A stretch of 64,000 nucleotides of DNA, from contig CM119265.1 in the NCBI GenBank assembly GCA_051294375.1, positions 23,971,308 to 24,035,307 on the forward strand, given 5' to 3'. The position numbers were made by a program, and so were the translations under genes. Position 1 is the first letter of the stretch. Each line of letters begins with the position of its first letter. Below are positions 11,737 to 24,620 of the stretch, piece by piece. Source of the stretch: Paraspadella gotoi (lineage: Eukaryota > Animalia > Chaetognatha). Under the pieces are notes generated by a model, which did no database searches, had not been told where the DNA came from, and saw only the letters and a program-made list of their open reading frames with translations.

Positions 11737-13362
11737 TGTTTATACCTCTGCGATAGCGATTTTCTTTCCCGCGTTTCATCGTCCGTGATATTTCTCACCT
11801 CGTTTTTTTATGACCCGACTTGTTTCTTAGATTATCCTTTCTAGGTGATCCTTCCTTTTTATGTATAAATCTTTTTCCTCATTAGTAATACTTTCTCCTA
11901 TCTTTTCTTTTAGGCTTCTTTAGTTTTTTTTATTTTTGTCTCTTGTATTTCTTGTTTTCATTCCCGTTTCCTCTTTCTTTATTTCATTTTAATTTTCTTT
12001 TTATTTCTCTCTTTTCTCAAACTTTCAACGTCGCCTTTGCTTCTCATCCTTTTATAAACCAACTTTTACTTCCCCCTGCGCTTTCTTAGTTTCTCTTTAT
12101 TTGTTTCAATTTCTTTCTTTTGTTTATCTTCTTTCATGAAAAGAAGTTTAAAGTCGCTTGTGGTTCATCTCTTTTTTCATCCTTTCTTTCTGATCTTTTT
12201 TCTCCTTTTAATCCGCATTTTTTATTTCTTTACGATTCTGTTTTTCTTTCTCTTTTCTTTTTTCCCTCATTCATCATCACCCTTTTTTCTTCACTGTTCA
12301 TTATTACATACAGCGTATCAATAATTATAAATTTTTAAAAGTGACGAAAAAAACAACACTGTACGGATTAAAATACTTTGTTAGGCTATATTTTTAAAAA
12401 TATACAGATACCCAATACACAATATTACAAAAAAATTTTAAATTTCAAAATTGGTCTTTTGTAAAATTTTCTAACAGATTCGGATTCCGTGATAAAAGTA
12501 AATAAAAAAAGTATAAAATTTTGATTAAGTTTAGTCAAAAATCTAAAAAGCTATATTATAATTGTAAACTTCAATATCGTTTTTTACAATTTGTAATCGA
12601 AAATAATTTGTCAAAATGATTTATATTTTCATTTATCAACTTTGAAAAGTTAAATCTGACAAACAAAATTAAAAAAAAAAATTGAAATTTTAAGGTTTTA
12701 TACGGATAGTACTCCGTATATATTTATAATTATGAATATAACTGCAAAATCAAAAGACATGGAAATTGATTTTTTTTCAATTTGATCTTTATTGGCGTAA
12801 CGTTGTTCATGATTGAATTTTAGAATTTTAATACACAAATTTCACTACGCTCTAATGTTTATACACCTCTCTTATGAAATTGGTACAACCCAATATAAAA
12901 AATCATCCATTCATTCAATAACTAATCTATCTTGCCCTCTGACTTTATAATATAACTAAGCTATCTTACCCGCTGACTTTATAATATATCTAAATACCAG
13001 TTCTCTTCCACAAATCCTTTCTCTCTATCGACTTCTCTTTTCTTTTCCTCCACATAAATCCTCCTCCCTCTCTTCTCTCCTCCCCCTCCTCCTCCTCCTC
13101 CTCCATCCCACTCCTCCTCTCCTTCCCGTCCAGGTCTGGCTTTCCGTATCCTAGCGGACCTCGCGTAAAAACACGCCGCCGCCATTTTGTTTTCTTTTCT
13201 TTTTCTCCATCTTGGATTTTTATGCTTTATTCTTTGTGTGCGAAGAAAAAATAATGAACTGCGAAAGTAAACACGGATGTTGGCTTCAAACTTCTCTCTT
13301 TGACCCGCGAAACATAAAAAGGAGTAGAAAGAGGAAAGAATAAATAACTCTGTCTCTGTCTC

Positions 13363-13425
<63 letters not shown>

Positions 13426-13517
13426 AAAACAAACTCATCTGACAATTGAACCAATTGAATCAAAACAAACTCATCAGTCAATCAACACAGATCTCGATTT
13501 AAGGACGTGATGTTCTT

Positions 13518-14438
13518 GAAAGCGCGTCACAATACGCAGAACGACTCTTCGCATGGTGCGTTTCAAGAAATCTAAATCTAGCAACAGCAACTCTTCAAGC
13601 TACCCTTCATCGTCTTGAAGAATGGTGTGATACATGGTTTTTAGGTCTTTGTCCTGCAAAATCAAACTGTATTTTAATAACTCGTTGTCCCTTCACTTTT
13701 GAATACGACGTTAAACTATATTTGTTTGGAGAACAAAATTCCTGTTTGCAATACTATAAAATTTTTAGGATGTATCATTGATCGAAAATTAACCTGGACT
13801 CAACATATTAATGAACTATTTCTAAAGCCAAGTCCAAAATATTAGCGATTAACAGATTATCTAAATATGTCATAGGAGATAATTTTCCAACTCGTACATC
13901 AGCTTTTCTCGACTTTAATTGTTTCTTTGTTTTTATATTCAGCACCTTGCTTTTTATCTGCAGGTAGATATCACTGGCAAAAAATTTGATACTCTTCAAC
14001 TGCGAGCTATTAAAAATTTTTTCATAGATTAACCGATACATATTGATAATGATTTAGCGCGAGATGCAGCAAGTATGATCCACTATCTGAATATGTAAGA
14101 AATATGTCAGTAAGACGTTTAAAAAACATGATTCGAAATAATTCTCTTTTGATACCATTGTTGATCGTATTGAAAAAAATTTGACCTACACTAATATGTC
14201 ACCAATAGAGCTTTTATTAGGTTGGGACAACATTTCGAAAAAGAAAGATTGTTTGAACTGCCTCTTGGAAAGATTTCATGAAACATGTTTAGGGATAAAA
14301 ACTCTACCCGATTTTCGTTTATATCTTTAAATACTTTTCAACTTGTGAATATCGTTTTTGTAAATTGATGTAGCTTTTAGGGGCACAATGTAGCCCCAAA
14401 GCCCGTTTCTTTAATAACAATTCAATTCAATTCAATTC
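13518..14438 (+). mobile_element. Duplicate of the LINE fragment
   Basis: Matches 5190-6110 at +8328. Confidence 0.8.
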
Positions 14439-15070
14439 TCTCTCTCTCTCTCTCTGAGCTGCAGTGTTGTGATTTCAATCATGCGTACAAGTATAACTTA
14501 ATTTTTTTTATATTAATATCGTTAATATATATTACGAAAATTTATGATGAAACCGTAAGAGTAATGAATTTAAAAATATTAATTTAAATTTAAAATTAAA
14601 TCATCCTGAAAATAGAATCCTTTTCGCTACCCGTGTCTTCGTTATCAAACTCGATATTTGCCAACACTGATAACGGTAATTAGTAATTAGTTTATTTTTC
14701 CTTTTTTTTTTTTCTAAATTAACTTACATAGACGTAGTACGTACATTCGTACATTGCTATTCTGTTTTAACTTTAGAAATATATATTGCGAAGAATTCAT
14801 GGATTAGAAAAGGCGCCAAAGAACCTCGGTGAGATCGGGGTGGGAAAAGACGAGAGGCAAAGACTTTTGAGTGGGAAATACTTAAGTTTTAAGAAGGCAG
14901 AGGAAAGAGATTGGATTCACTTGCGTTGGGCGCGAGAAAAAAGAAAGAAAGAAAGAAAGGAAGAAAGAAAAGAAAGAAAACCAGAAAAGAAAAAAAGAAG
15001 TAAGAAAGAAAAAAAAAGAAAGATAGAGAGAAAGAAAGAAAAGAAAGAAAGAAAGATAGAAAGAAAGAAA

Positions 15071-15107
<37 letters not shown>

Positions 15108-16132
15108 AAAAAAAAAAAAGAAAGCTGGAATCCTTGAATCGAAGTTGAGGACGAAGCGAACGTTTTGACTTTCGACTTGAAAAGAGACTCAAAGGATTCA
15201 TTTCCTTTTCTTTCTTTTAAATTATGAGCTTCTCTTTTACATGAATGAGCTCTCTTTTACATGATGAGCTTCTCTTTTTACATGATAAGCTTCTCTTTTT
15301 ACATGATGAGCTTCTCTTTTACATCATAAGCTTCTATTTTACATCATGAGCTTTTCTTTTACATCTTGAGCTTTTCTTTTTCTTTCCTTGGCGAAAATTA
15401 AGCGTATTTTCTTTCACTCACTATTGACAATGACAATAAAACTCGGACCACAATTTGCTACCAGAACCGCTTCCATAACGATCAGGAAGAGAGTCGTAAA
15501 GGCTCGTGACATCGCCAGTGAGCCTTCCGCTCAACCCTAACCCTAAGCCGGGCCCCCGATCCAAACCCTAACCCGAACCAGTTTCCCCGGCTCGCTACAT
15601 CAACATCCTAGCCCTAACCCTATCGCGGGCTTCCTGTCTCATGCCGAAGCAAAAACCCTAACCCTAGCGCCACCCGTGGGCCTCTCCCCCAACCCTAACC
15701 CTTACCCTAACCAATGGTAACCCATTCAATCGCGGAGCATCAAGTCAGCCGCGAGCCTCTCCCCCAACTCGCGCCTTTCCTCTTATTCGCTACTTTATTT
15801 TATCCCAGTGTAGCTAAATAAGCATAAAAAATTATTGAGCCGAAAGCGAAGAGTCGAGAGACCTCGACGGCCGAAAAAAAAGTTTTTGCGGGGAAAATGG
15901 ATTTTTTTCTTTCTTCTAATTATTTTTCTTCACAATCCCTTTTTTCTTTATTCTTTCGACGCAAAATTCTTCCCTCTTCTTCCCGCGAGAAGAAAAGCCC
16001 GGAGAAAAGGAAGGAACAGAAAGGAGGAGGAGGAAGGAGGAGGAAGGGAAAGAGGAAAGAAAACAAAAGAAAAAAGGAGAGAATGAAGGACGAAAAATGC
16101 TGGGAAGAAAAATTCTGAGAGAGGCATTGCCA

Positions 16133-16263
<131 letters not shown>

Positions 16264-16572
16264 GAGAGTGAAAGAGAGAGAGATAGNNNNNNNNNNNNNN
16301 NNNNNNNNNNNAGAGATAGAGAAAGTGACAGAATTTTTAAAAATAAAACAGTTAAATGACTGCTGATTGCAGTGCTTTTAGTTAATTAATTTTTTACGTA
16401 ATATTCCAATATTCGTGTGAGCAGCCAGCATTTTAGGTCAATTTATTTGTTAAAATCATAGCAATATATATATATATAATAAAACAATATAGTTTTTCGC
16501 ATTATTTTTTGCGCTTTATCCAGCTTTACGCGTCATTGTTGGACGATATTTGGGTTTCGCCAAATTAGATTG

Positions 16573-16697
<125 letters not shown>

Positions 16698-16769
16698 ACT
16701 TCCGCTGGCGACGTCAAACGAGGGTTCGTTCCAATTCCTTTATTTTGTCGACGAAGATTAATTCAACCG

Positions 16770-17260
16770 CGGGAAAAGGGGAATTTGGGATTAAGGAAAA
16801 AGAATAGGGGAAAGGAAAAGGGGAAAAAGGAAAAGGGAAAAAAGGAAAATGGAAAAAGGAAAATAGAAAAAGAAGAAAAAGAGAAAAGGGAAAAAAGGAA
16901 AAGGGGAAAAAAGGAAAAGAGGAAAAGGAAAATGGAAAAAGAGGAAAAAGAGGAAAAAGAGGAAAGGAAAAGGGAAAAAAGAAAAAGAGAAAATAGGAAA
17001 AGGGAAAAAAGGAAAATGGAAAAAGAGGAAAAAGGAAATAAGCAAAAGAGAAAAAAAGGAAAAATAGATAAGGAAAATGGAAAAAAGGAAAAGGGAAAAA
17101 AGGTAAAGGAAAAAAGGAAAATGGAAAAAAGCAAAAGAGAAAAAAGGAAAAGGGAAAAAAGGAAAATGGAAAAAAGGAAAAGAGAAAAGAGGAAAAGGCA
17201 AAAAAGAGGGATTAAAGAGGGGAAAGAGAGAGAGAAAGAATCAGAAAACTAAGAAAAGAA
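16770..17260. repeat. Purine-rich low-complexity repeat (GGAAAA-type)
   Basis: Degenerate ggaaaa/gaaaaa units. The overlapping K/E/R-rich and F/S-rich ORFs are by-products of this composition. Confidence 0.85.
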
Positions 17261-18394
17261 AATGTGAGAGAATTAATAAGACAGTGAAATGATTTTAAAA
17301 AAACAAAGGAGAGAAAAAGTGTACGTGGAAAAAAAAAGAATGATGATAAAATAAATACAATGAAAAAAAAAGAAAAAAGGAAAAACAAACAAGAAAGGAA
17401 AACAAACAAAAAAAAAAGAAAGAAAAAAATAGGAATGTGGGAGCAACTAATTCCTCCTTCGTAGAGACGAGAGATTCTGACGCGCAATTTCCGGGCGTCG
17501 AATGGCAACCGTGAGAGTGGCATCAGTCATAATGTTATCCCCGAGATTGCCATCCTTTGCAGGGATTACCATTCCTTTGGATGTTCGAGATCTATGGAAA
17601 ACTATCATATGGCATCAGAATGCTATTTTCGATAACATTTTCTAATATTTCTTATTTTTAATTTACTATATACGATGTCCGTGAATAGTGGCTAATTTGA
17701 ACGTATGTTTGTTAGTAGAAATCTACATCAAAAAATAAAGTTTTAAACCTTTGATTATAAACAGTTCAAGCGCTCCTCTTCTCCTTTTCTAATACAAAGT
17801 CAATTATTTTTCACGAACGTAAAGAAAAAAAAAGGGGAATTGCTCTCTTTTCCACCGCGGGGACTAAAGGTTATCCAACGTTCGTAACGACGACGACGAC
17901 GACGACNNNNNNNNNNNNNNNNNNNNNNNNNNNNNNNNNNNNNNNNNNNNNNNNNNNNNNNNNNNNNNNNNNNNNNNNNNNNNNNNNNNNNNNNNNNNNN
18001 NNNNNNNNNNNNNNNNNNNNNNNNNNNNNNNNNNNNNNNNNNNNNNNNNNNNNNNNNNNNNNNNNNNNNNNNNNNNNNNNNNNNNNNNNNNNNNNNNNNN
18101 NNNNNNNNNNNNNNNNNNNNNNNNNNNNNNNNNNNNNNNNNNNNNNNNNNNNNNNNNNNNNNNNNNNNNNNNNNNNNNNNNNNNNNNNNNNNNNNNNNNN
18201 NNNNNNNNNNNNNNNNNNNNNNNNNNNNNNNNNNNNNNNNNNNNNNNNNNNNNNNNNNNNNNNNNNNNNNNNNNNNNNNNNNNNNNNNNNNNNNNNNNNN
18301 NNNNNNNNNNNNNNNNNNNNNNNNNNNNNNNNNNNNNNNNNNNNNNNNNNNNNNNNNNNNNNNNNNNNNNNNNNNNNTCAAATAATTTTTTTGT

Positions 18395-18830
18395 TCTTGA
18401 GTGCTCCACTCTACTGTGTATTGACACGCACTGCATCGGAAATCCGTCTTTTGTTTTTTATAGTTTTAGGATTTCCTAAAGGCGGNNNNNNNNNNNNNNN
18501 NNNNNNNNNNNNNNNNNNNNNNNNNNNNNNNNNNNNNNNNNNNNNNNNNNNNNNNNNNNNNNNNNNNNNNNNNNNNNNNNNNNNNNNNNNNNNNNNNNNN
18601 NNNNNNNNNNNNNNNNNNNNNNNNNNNNNNNNNNNNNNNNNNNNNNNNNNNNNNNNNNNNNNNNNNNNNNNNNNNNNNNNNNNNNNNNNNNNNNNNNNNN
18701 NNNNNNNNNNNNNNNNNNNNNNNNNNNNNNNNNNNNNNNNNNNNNNNNNNNNNNNNNNNNNNNNNNNNNNNNNNNNNNNNNNNNNNNNNNNACCGACCGA
18801 CCGACCGAGAGTTGCTCCTCGAGAACTCGG
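18395..18830 (-). mobile_element. Family B fragment split by an N gap
   Basis: tatagttttaggatttcctaaaggcgg before the gap and accgaccgaccgaccgagagttgctc after it match 43682-43880. Confidence 0.5.
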
Positions 18831-20562
18831 AGAGCAACAAAAAAGAAGAATAAAGAAGAAAAGGAAATAGAGGGGAAAAAAAGACGAGCAAATATTTAAA
18901 ATATTAATTAAAACTCCCCCCAAAAAAAAGGCTAGAAAAAAAACGGATAATATACGAAATATAGAAAATAAGAATAAAAAAATATACGTTGTGGTGTGCA
19001 GAAAATTTTTTGTTATGAGGACGGAAGAAAAAGGTGAGAAAAATACCCAAGAAAAATCCTCACAAAAAATCACAAAGAGGAAAAGGATAGAATGAAAAAA
19101 AATGATCAAGAGTGATTTGTGGAAGGAGTGAAAGAAGAAAGGAAATGGTTAGATCTGCCATAATTCAACGGTTTAACTCTTTCTATTAAAAAAAATGGGA
19201 AATCCTTCTTTGCAGACCTTTTTTTTCTCTGTTTTATGTCGAACCGGAAAAGCGACGAACGTTTTTTTTTGTGTATTAAAGAAAGTCTAACACGGAGGTA
19301 AGGACTCAAATACATACGTTTATTCCTTGGTTCAATGAGTATGAGATATATGTATATAATATGAGTAATATGTCCGATTTTCTTGACTGAGATAATTTGA
19401 AAGAATGTATCAAAATATCACTGTTTAAACCAGTAAAATATAAAACAAAATAAAACAAGTAAAAGATCAGATATTTGTGTCATAAACAAAAAGGTTTGTG
19501 ATGATTTTGAAGAGTAAAAGCTTTTCTCGTACGACAAGGAAACTCACGCACACCTTGTTTCAAAAGAATTTCCATCTTTGAAGACAAAAACAAACATACG
19601 CTTGAATGCTCACTTTGTTAAATAAGATCTTTTTTTATATGTAGAGACTTGTTAATACGACTCTAAGCGCGCGTGTCAAACAAACGATTCCCCAAAGCCA
19701 AACAGAGATATAAAAGAAAATAGAAATGGAGAAGCCTTTCCTTTCAGCGCAAACATTGAGAACAGGGAACGTGGCGCTTCGCTGCGACGCGTTTCGAGAA
19801 AAAAAATATCTTTGTCGCGCGCTTGAGATAATACGCAATACTAGATGCATAAATCAATACTGCTGATACCAAGTNNNNNNNNNNNNNNNNNNNNNNNNNN
19901 NNNNNNNNNNNNNNNNNNNNNNNNNNNNNNNNNNNNNNNNNNNNNNNNNNNNNNNNNNNNNNNNNNNNNNNNNNNNNNNNNNNNNNNNNNNNNNNNNNNN
20001 NNNNNNNNNNNNNNNNNNNNNNNNNNNNNNNNNNNNNNNNNNNNNNNNNNNNNNNNNNNNNNNNNNNNNNNNNNNNNNNNNNNNNNNNNNNNNNNNNNNN
20101 NNNNNNNNNNNNNNNNNNNNNNNNNNNNNNNNNNNNNNNNNNNNNNNNNNNNNNNNNNNNNNNNNNNNNNNNNNNNNCAATACTTCAAAAACAACAACAA
20201 CAGGAACAGAAACTACAACAACGACGACTATGATCCTCTCTTTTATTATTTCGTCTCTCTCTTCATAATTTCCCAACATCACTAANNNNNNNNNNNNNNN
20301 NNNNNNNNNNNNNNNNNNNNNNNNNNNNNNNNNNNNNNNNNNNNNNNNNNNNNNNNNNNNNNNNNNNNNNNNNNNNNNNNNNNNNNNNNNNNNNNNNNNN
20401 NNNNNNNNNNNNNNNNNNNNNNNNNNNNNNNNNNNNNNNNNNNNNNNNNNNNNNNNNNNNNNNNNNNNNNNNNNNNNNNNNNNNNNNNNNNNNNNNNNNN
20501 NNNNNNNNNNNNNNNACGTAATAAGAAAATGTACAAATTGGATTTATCTTTGCGTCTTCCCC

Positions 20563-20652
20563 TTTTTAGTTGCGCCGCGAGTGCTCGCCGAGCGACTCTA
20601 TTAGTCGGTCAGTTGGTCGGTATGTCTGTCTGTCTGTCAGTCGGTCTGTCCC
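20563..20652 (+). mobile_element. Family B 5' fragment
   Basis: tttttagttgcgccgcgagtgctcgccgagcgactcta..gtcggtatgtctgtctgtctgtc. Confidence 0.65.
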
Positions 20653-20844
20653 ACAAGAAAGAGAGTAAACTACAACAACGAACAACTATAATCCTCTCTA
20701 TTTATTATTATCGTTCTCTCTCTTCATAATTTCCCAACATCACTAACTACAGATTCCTCCTCTCTTCTTTCTCCCGCGGCTTTTACTCCAACGTAAAATA
20801 AGAAAATGTACAAAATTGGATTTAATCTTTGCGTCTTATCCCCT

Positions 20845-21137
20845 TTTTTAGTTGCGACGCGAGTGCTCGCCAGAGCGACTCCATTAGTCGTTTCAGAGTT
20901 GGTCGATCGGTATGCTGTCTGTCTGTCAGTCGGTCTGTCCCACTATCCGTTAACTCACCTATAGTTGGTGCTCATTTTGTGAAACACAGGAAAAAATATC
21001 AAAATCCTAAGCGATTGCTAGCGCCGTCTTCAAGGAAATCCTAAATGTAAGAATTAAAAACGAAAATTAAATTTTGCCACGGGCTAAAAGAGTAACATGC
21101 GGAGGCGCAACACATTTGGAATGAACCCGATCTTGTT
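20845..21137 (+). mobile_element. DINE-1/HINE-like (Helentron-associated) non-autonomous element, near full length (family B)
   Basis: T-run, then 5' subterminal repeat GTTGCGACGC (20851-20860) with adjacent hairpin gcgag-tg-ctcgc, a GTCT/GTCG microsatellite, and the complementary GGCGCAAC at 21104-21111. Confidence 0.65.
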
Positions 21138-22363
21138 CCTTTTTCCGTCCCTTCTCCGTCCACCCGAGAGGAGTTTTAACCTTTCGGGAAAAAAAAAAAA
21201 CGGATACTACCCAACGAAAAATAAAGTAATAAAAAACTTGATTCAAATAACCCAAGTTTCGTGTTCTCGATCTTTTACCGCTAATTTTACTTCAGTTTAA
21301 ATTTTTTTATTTTCAAACTAATGGGATCATGAGCTACATATAGGCCAGGACCAGCGTGGTCGCCCATTGTGCAAACTGCGTAAGTCACATTTTCGCAAAG
21401 CTAAATTGACTCAATGCCACTTTATCCCTGAAATGTTGACCGATTCCAATTCGCATTTTTTCTTCGTTATCATTGCCATTCGCTCTTTGCTCAACATCAG
21501 TGGCAGTAGCCTGCCTCTTTGCCAATCCCTCTTTACGCGCCACCACCTGCAATTTTTTCTTCCATTACTTCTCAAGTCTTAACTGTATTTCACGATATGA
21601 AAGGACGACGTTTTAGCTTTTGCTTCCCGAGCTTGTTGTTTGTTGTACGTTGTTGTCGTTGTTGTTTACGATAGTTGTTTTTTGCCTTTGGCTTTAATTT
21701 CTGGGACGTCGCTGGTTGTTTTTGGCTAATGAATCGCCGTTGTTGTTGTGGTGTTGCCTGTTGTTGTTGTTGTTGGAACGATAATCGATCAACATCAATT
21801 TAGTTCCGCTTACCGCTCACATTAAACCGATAGTAAATCATTATAATATATTATAAATTATATATATCTCCGCTTTCTCTCTCTCGTCTACTCTCTCGTC
21901 TCATCTCTCTCTCTCTCTCTCATCTCTCTCTCCTCATCATCTCATCTCTCTCTCTCTGCACTTATCTCTCTCCACCTCCTCCACATTGTCATCCCCCCTC
22001 TCCCTATCTTCCGCCAGAGGCGAAGACCGTCGATCCAGACGCCTTTTGTTTGGATTTTCATTTCCCGCCAAATTCAAACAATCGACCATCTCCGCGAAAA
22101 TTTCCAAAGGGGGATTCGACGATAAAGCTGTCTGCTGCTGTGGTCGTTGTTGTTGTGTCGGTCGTCGTTTAGTTATTATTTCCATTGTTCTCCAATCCTT
22201 ACTGGTTTAGAAAAGTTGTTGTTGTCGATGTTTTTCGCGAGGCCATACTTAGGATGGGCCAGCCATGCCCAGATGGAGGAAAAATTGAAACGAAGAAAGA
22301 GAGAGAGAGGAAGAAGAAAGAGAGAGAGGGAGAGAGAGNNNNNNNNNNNNNNNNNNNNNNNNN

Positions 22364-22394
<31 letters not shown>

Positions 22395-23775
22395 ACCCCG
22401 TTCCTGCTTTTTAGTTTGATTGGCCTCGATATAATGACGACGCCATATGCATAGGCAGAGATTTTATTCGTAATAAACTGGAGAGCAGAAACGGCGACGA
22501 CGATGACGACGAAGAAAACGACGATGACGACGACGGAAAATAAATCACTGGATTTAATTAAGGTTAAGGGGGGAAAACATAAAAGTCGATAGGAACCTGG
22601 GAAAAAACCTAATCGATGTTGTCGTCGTCATTATCGACGTCGTCGTCGTCGTCGTCATCGTCGTTGTCGTCGTCATCGTCGTTGTCAATATCGTCTTTAC
22701 TTTCTCTTTCTTACTTGTTGGTTTCTCATCTTCGATCTCATTCAAAGCGAATACATTTTGAATGATGCTTCTTTGCAACTTTAAAATCCTTTGAAAACTT
22801 CTGCGACTTCAACTTTTTTCTTTTTCCTTTTATTCACCCCTATTTTCCTGTTTCCTTCCTTCTTTTTCATTTTCTCATTGCCTCATCTATCCTTATCCCT
22901 TTCTATTGTTCTTTTTCATTTTCCTTTCTCTTATCTTTTTTCTTAACCTTTTATCTGTTTACTTTTTCTTTCCTTTTCTAATTTTCCACCCTTCCCTTAA
23001 CCCTGTCAGAGCGTATAAACGTATTTTCGGTGTTCCATTCTCTGTTATTTTCTTATGTTGTGGGAATAAGCTGTCGCAAACCATTGTACTCGAGACCGCT
23101 TTGTCATCCTCGTCGTTGCGTCTTCGACTCTTCGTCAGAGCATTTCATTTAATTTTTTTAAAACATTTCATAATAAATTTTATTTTGATAGGACATTGAT
23201 AAAATACCCACATAAGAATAACATATAATAGAATCGAATGGCTAATTTTGTAACAACCAGCAGTCCGATGTTACTCGAGAACATAAGTTAGTCATCTATA
23301 ACATAGTACCATGGGTTCAAATGAAAACTCCATATCAATTTTATTTCTTAAACATTTTAAAAGAAGAATACGCAATCTTTTGACAGTTTAGTTTTAAACC
23401 AACTTATGAAACCTTGAAGCTCTTAGTTTTAGAACAATCAGTACAATCTACCCTTATTAGTAAAGATATATAAAAATATATTATCTTTGCAATATGCAAA
23501 TTATATTTTCTGACATTATGTTTTTTCTCGCTCGGCGATTTTGATTTTATCATTACTAAAATATTAATTATCAAGTTTATTTAAAATTCTATCCCAGTTC
23601 GAACAAATTATGTTTAAGTTCGTCATCAACATGTTTTCGTTCTCTCGTTCGTCGTCGTTGTCGTCGTCGTCGTTTTCGTCGTCGTCTCGTCTTCTTCTTT
23701 CTAGTCTTTCGCTCCTTTGCCGACATCAATTATGAAGGTCTGTCGTCGTTACTGGTTCTTTCGATTCTGTTCTCT

Positions 23776-23857
<82 letters not shown>

Positions 23858-24419
23858 CTCGTCATTTACGTAAATGACCCGGAATTTCTTATGTAGGATG
23901 CATGAGTGCCTTTGAGCCGAAAATTTATGGCTGCGGGTTTTCTCTTGCATTCTGCTCTTTACCGCGCGAAATAATAGGATCGTCGTAAAGAAGAGAGAGA
24001 GAGAGAGAGAGAGAGAAGAGAGGAGAGGAGAGAGAGAGAAGAGAAAGATGAGAGATGAGAGAGAGAGAGCAGAGGACTGAGGGGCCAAACTCTTGATATC
24101 GTTTTGTCTCCGCGATCCCGGCCAAGACCACAACGGCAATGACTCTGTACACAGAAAAGAGTCTTTTAAGGTAATGGAAGTCTTTCCATAAAAAGTGGGT
24201 CACTCCCTCGGACAAAGGGAACTGATGGAGGCGACGAAAGAAGTAAAGAAAGGGTGGTAAGAAGAATGAAATAGGGAGGAAAGGGGAGGGAGGAAAAGAA
24301 AAGAGGAAAAGAGGAAAGAGGAAAGAAAATGAAATCGAAGAGGAAATAAGGAAAGGTCGGGAGAAGAGGAAGCGAATTCAAGTTTAAGTGAAAATTTAGG
24401 CAAAGAGAAAGTGAGAAAG

Positions 24420-24620
24420 GAGGCCATATATTTTCCAAAAGCGCCTTATTTCAACTTTTTTTAAAAAATTAATAATTAAATAAATAAATAATAAGGATAT
24501 GGGTTAGGGATTAGGGGTAAGGGAAAAGGGTAAGGTTAGAGATTTTATTATGGATTAGTATAGATAATAAGGTTAGAGATTCGGGTAATGGATTAAGGAT
24601 AAGGTTTTAGAATTAGATCA
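24420..24620. repeat. Degenerate TTAGGG-like repeat patch
   Basis: gggttagggattaggggtaagggaaaagggtaaggttagag.., preceded by ggccatatattttccaaaagcgcc. Confidence 0.55.

Larger units (their letters stand above)
1..16127. repeat. Direct duplication 1-7833 / 8329-16127 (offset 8328), probably an assembly artefact
   Basis: Every ORF from 451 to 6873 recurs at exactly +8328 with identical translation, including microsatellite lengths. The copies differ by indels only after the 25-N gap at 7401-7425 and diverge after ...gagagaggcat (7833/16127). Confidence 0.95.

Noticed and set aside
17800-20536. ORFs full of X residues here and at 42-44, 49, 59-63 kb
   Set aside because: Artefacts of translating through N gaps.
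20178-20945. Local tandem duplications (20178-20285 vs ~20665-20747; 20516-20652 vs ~20791-20942)
   Set aside because: They abut N gaps and differ by small indels, so they are probably overlapping contig ends.
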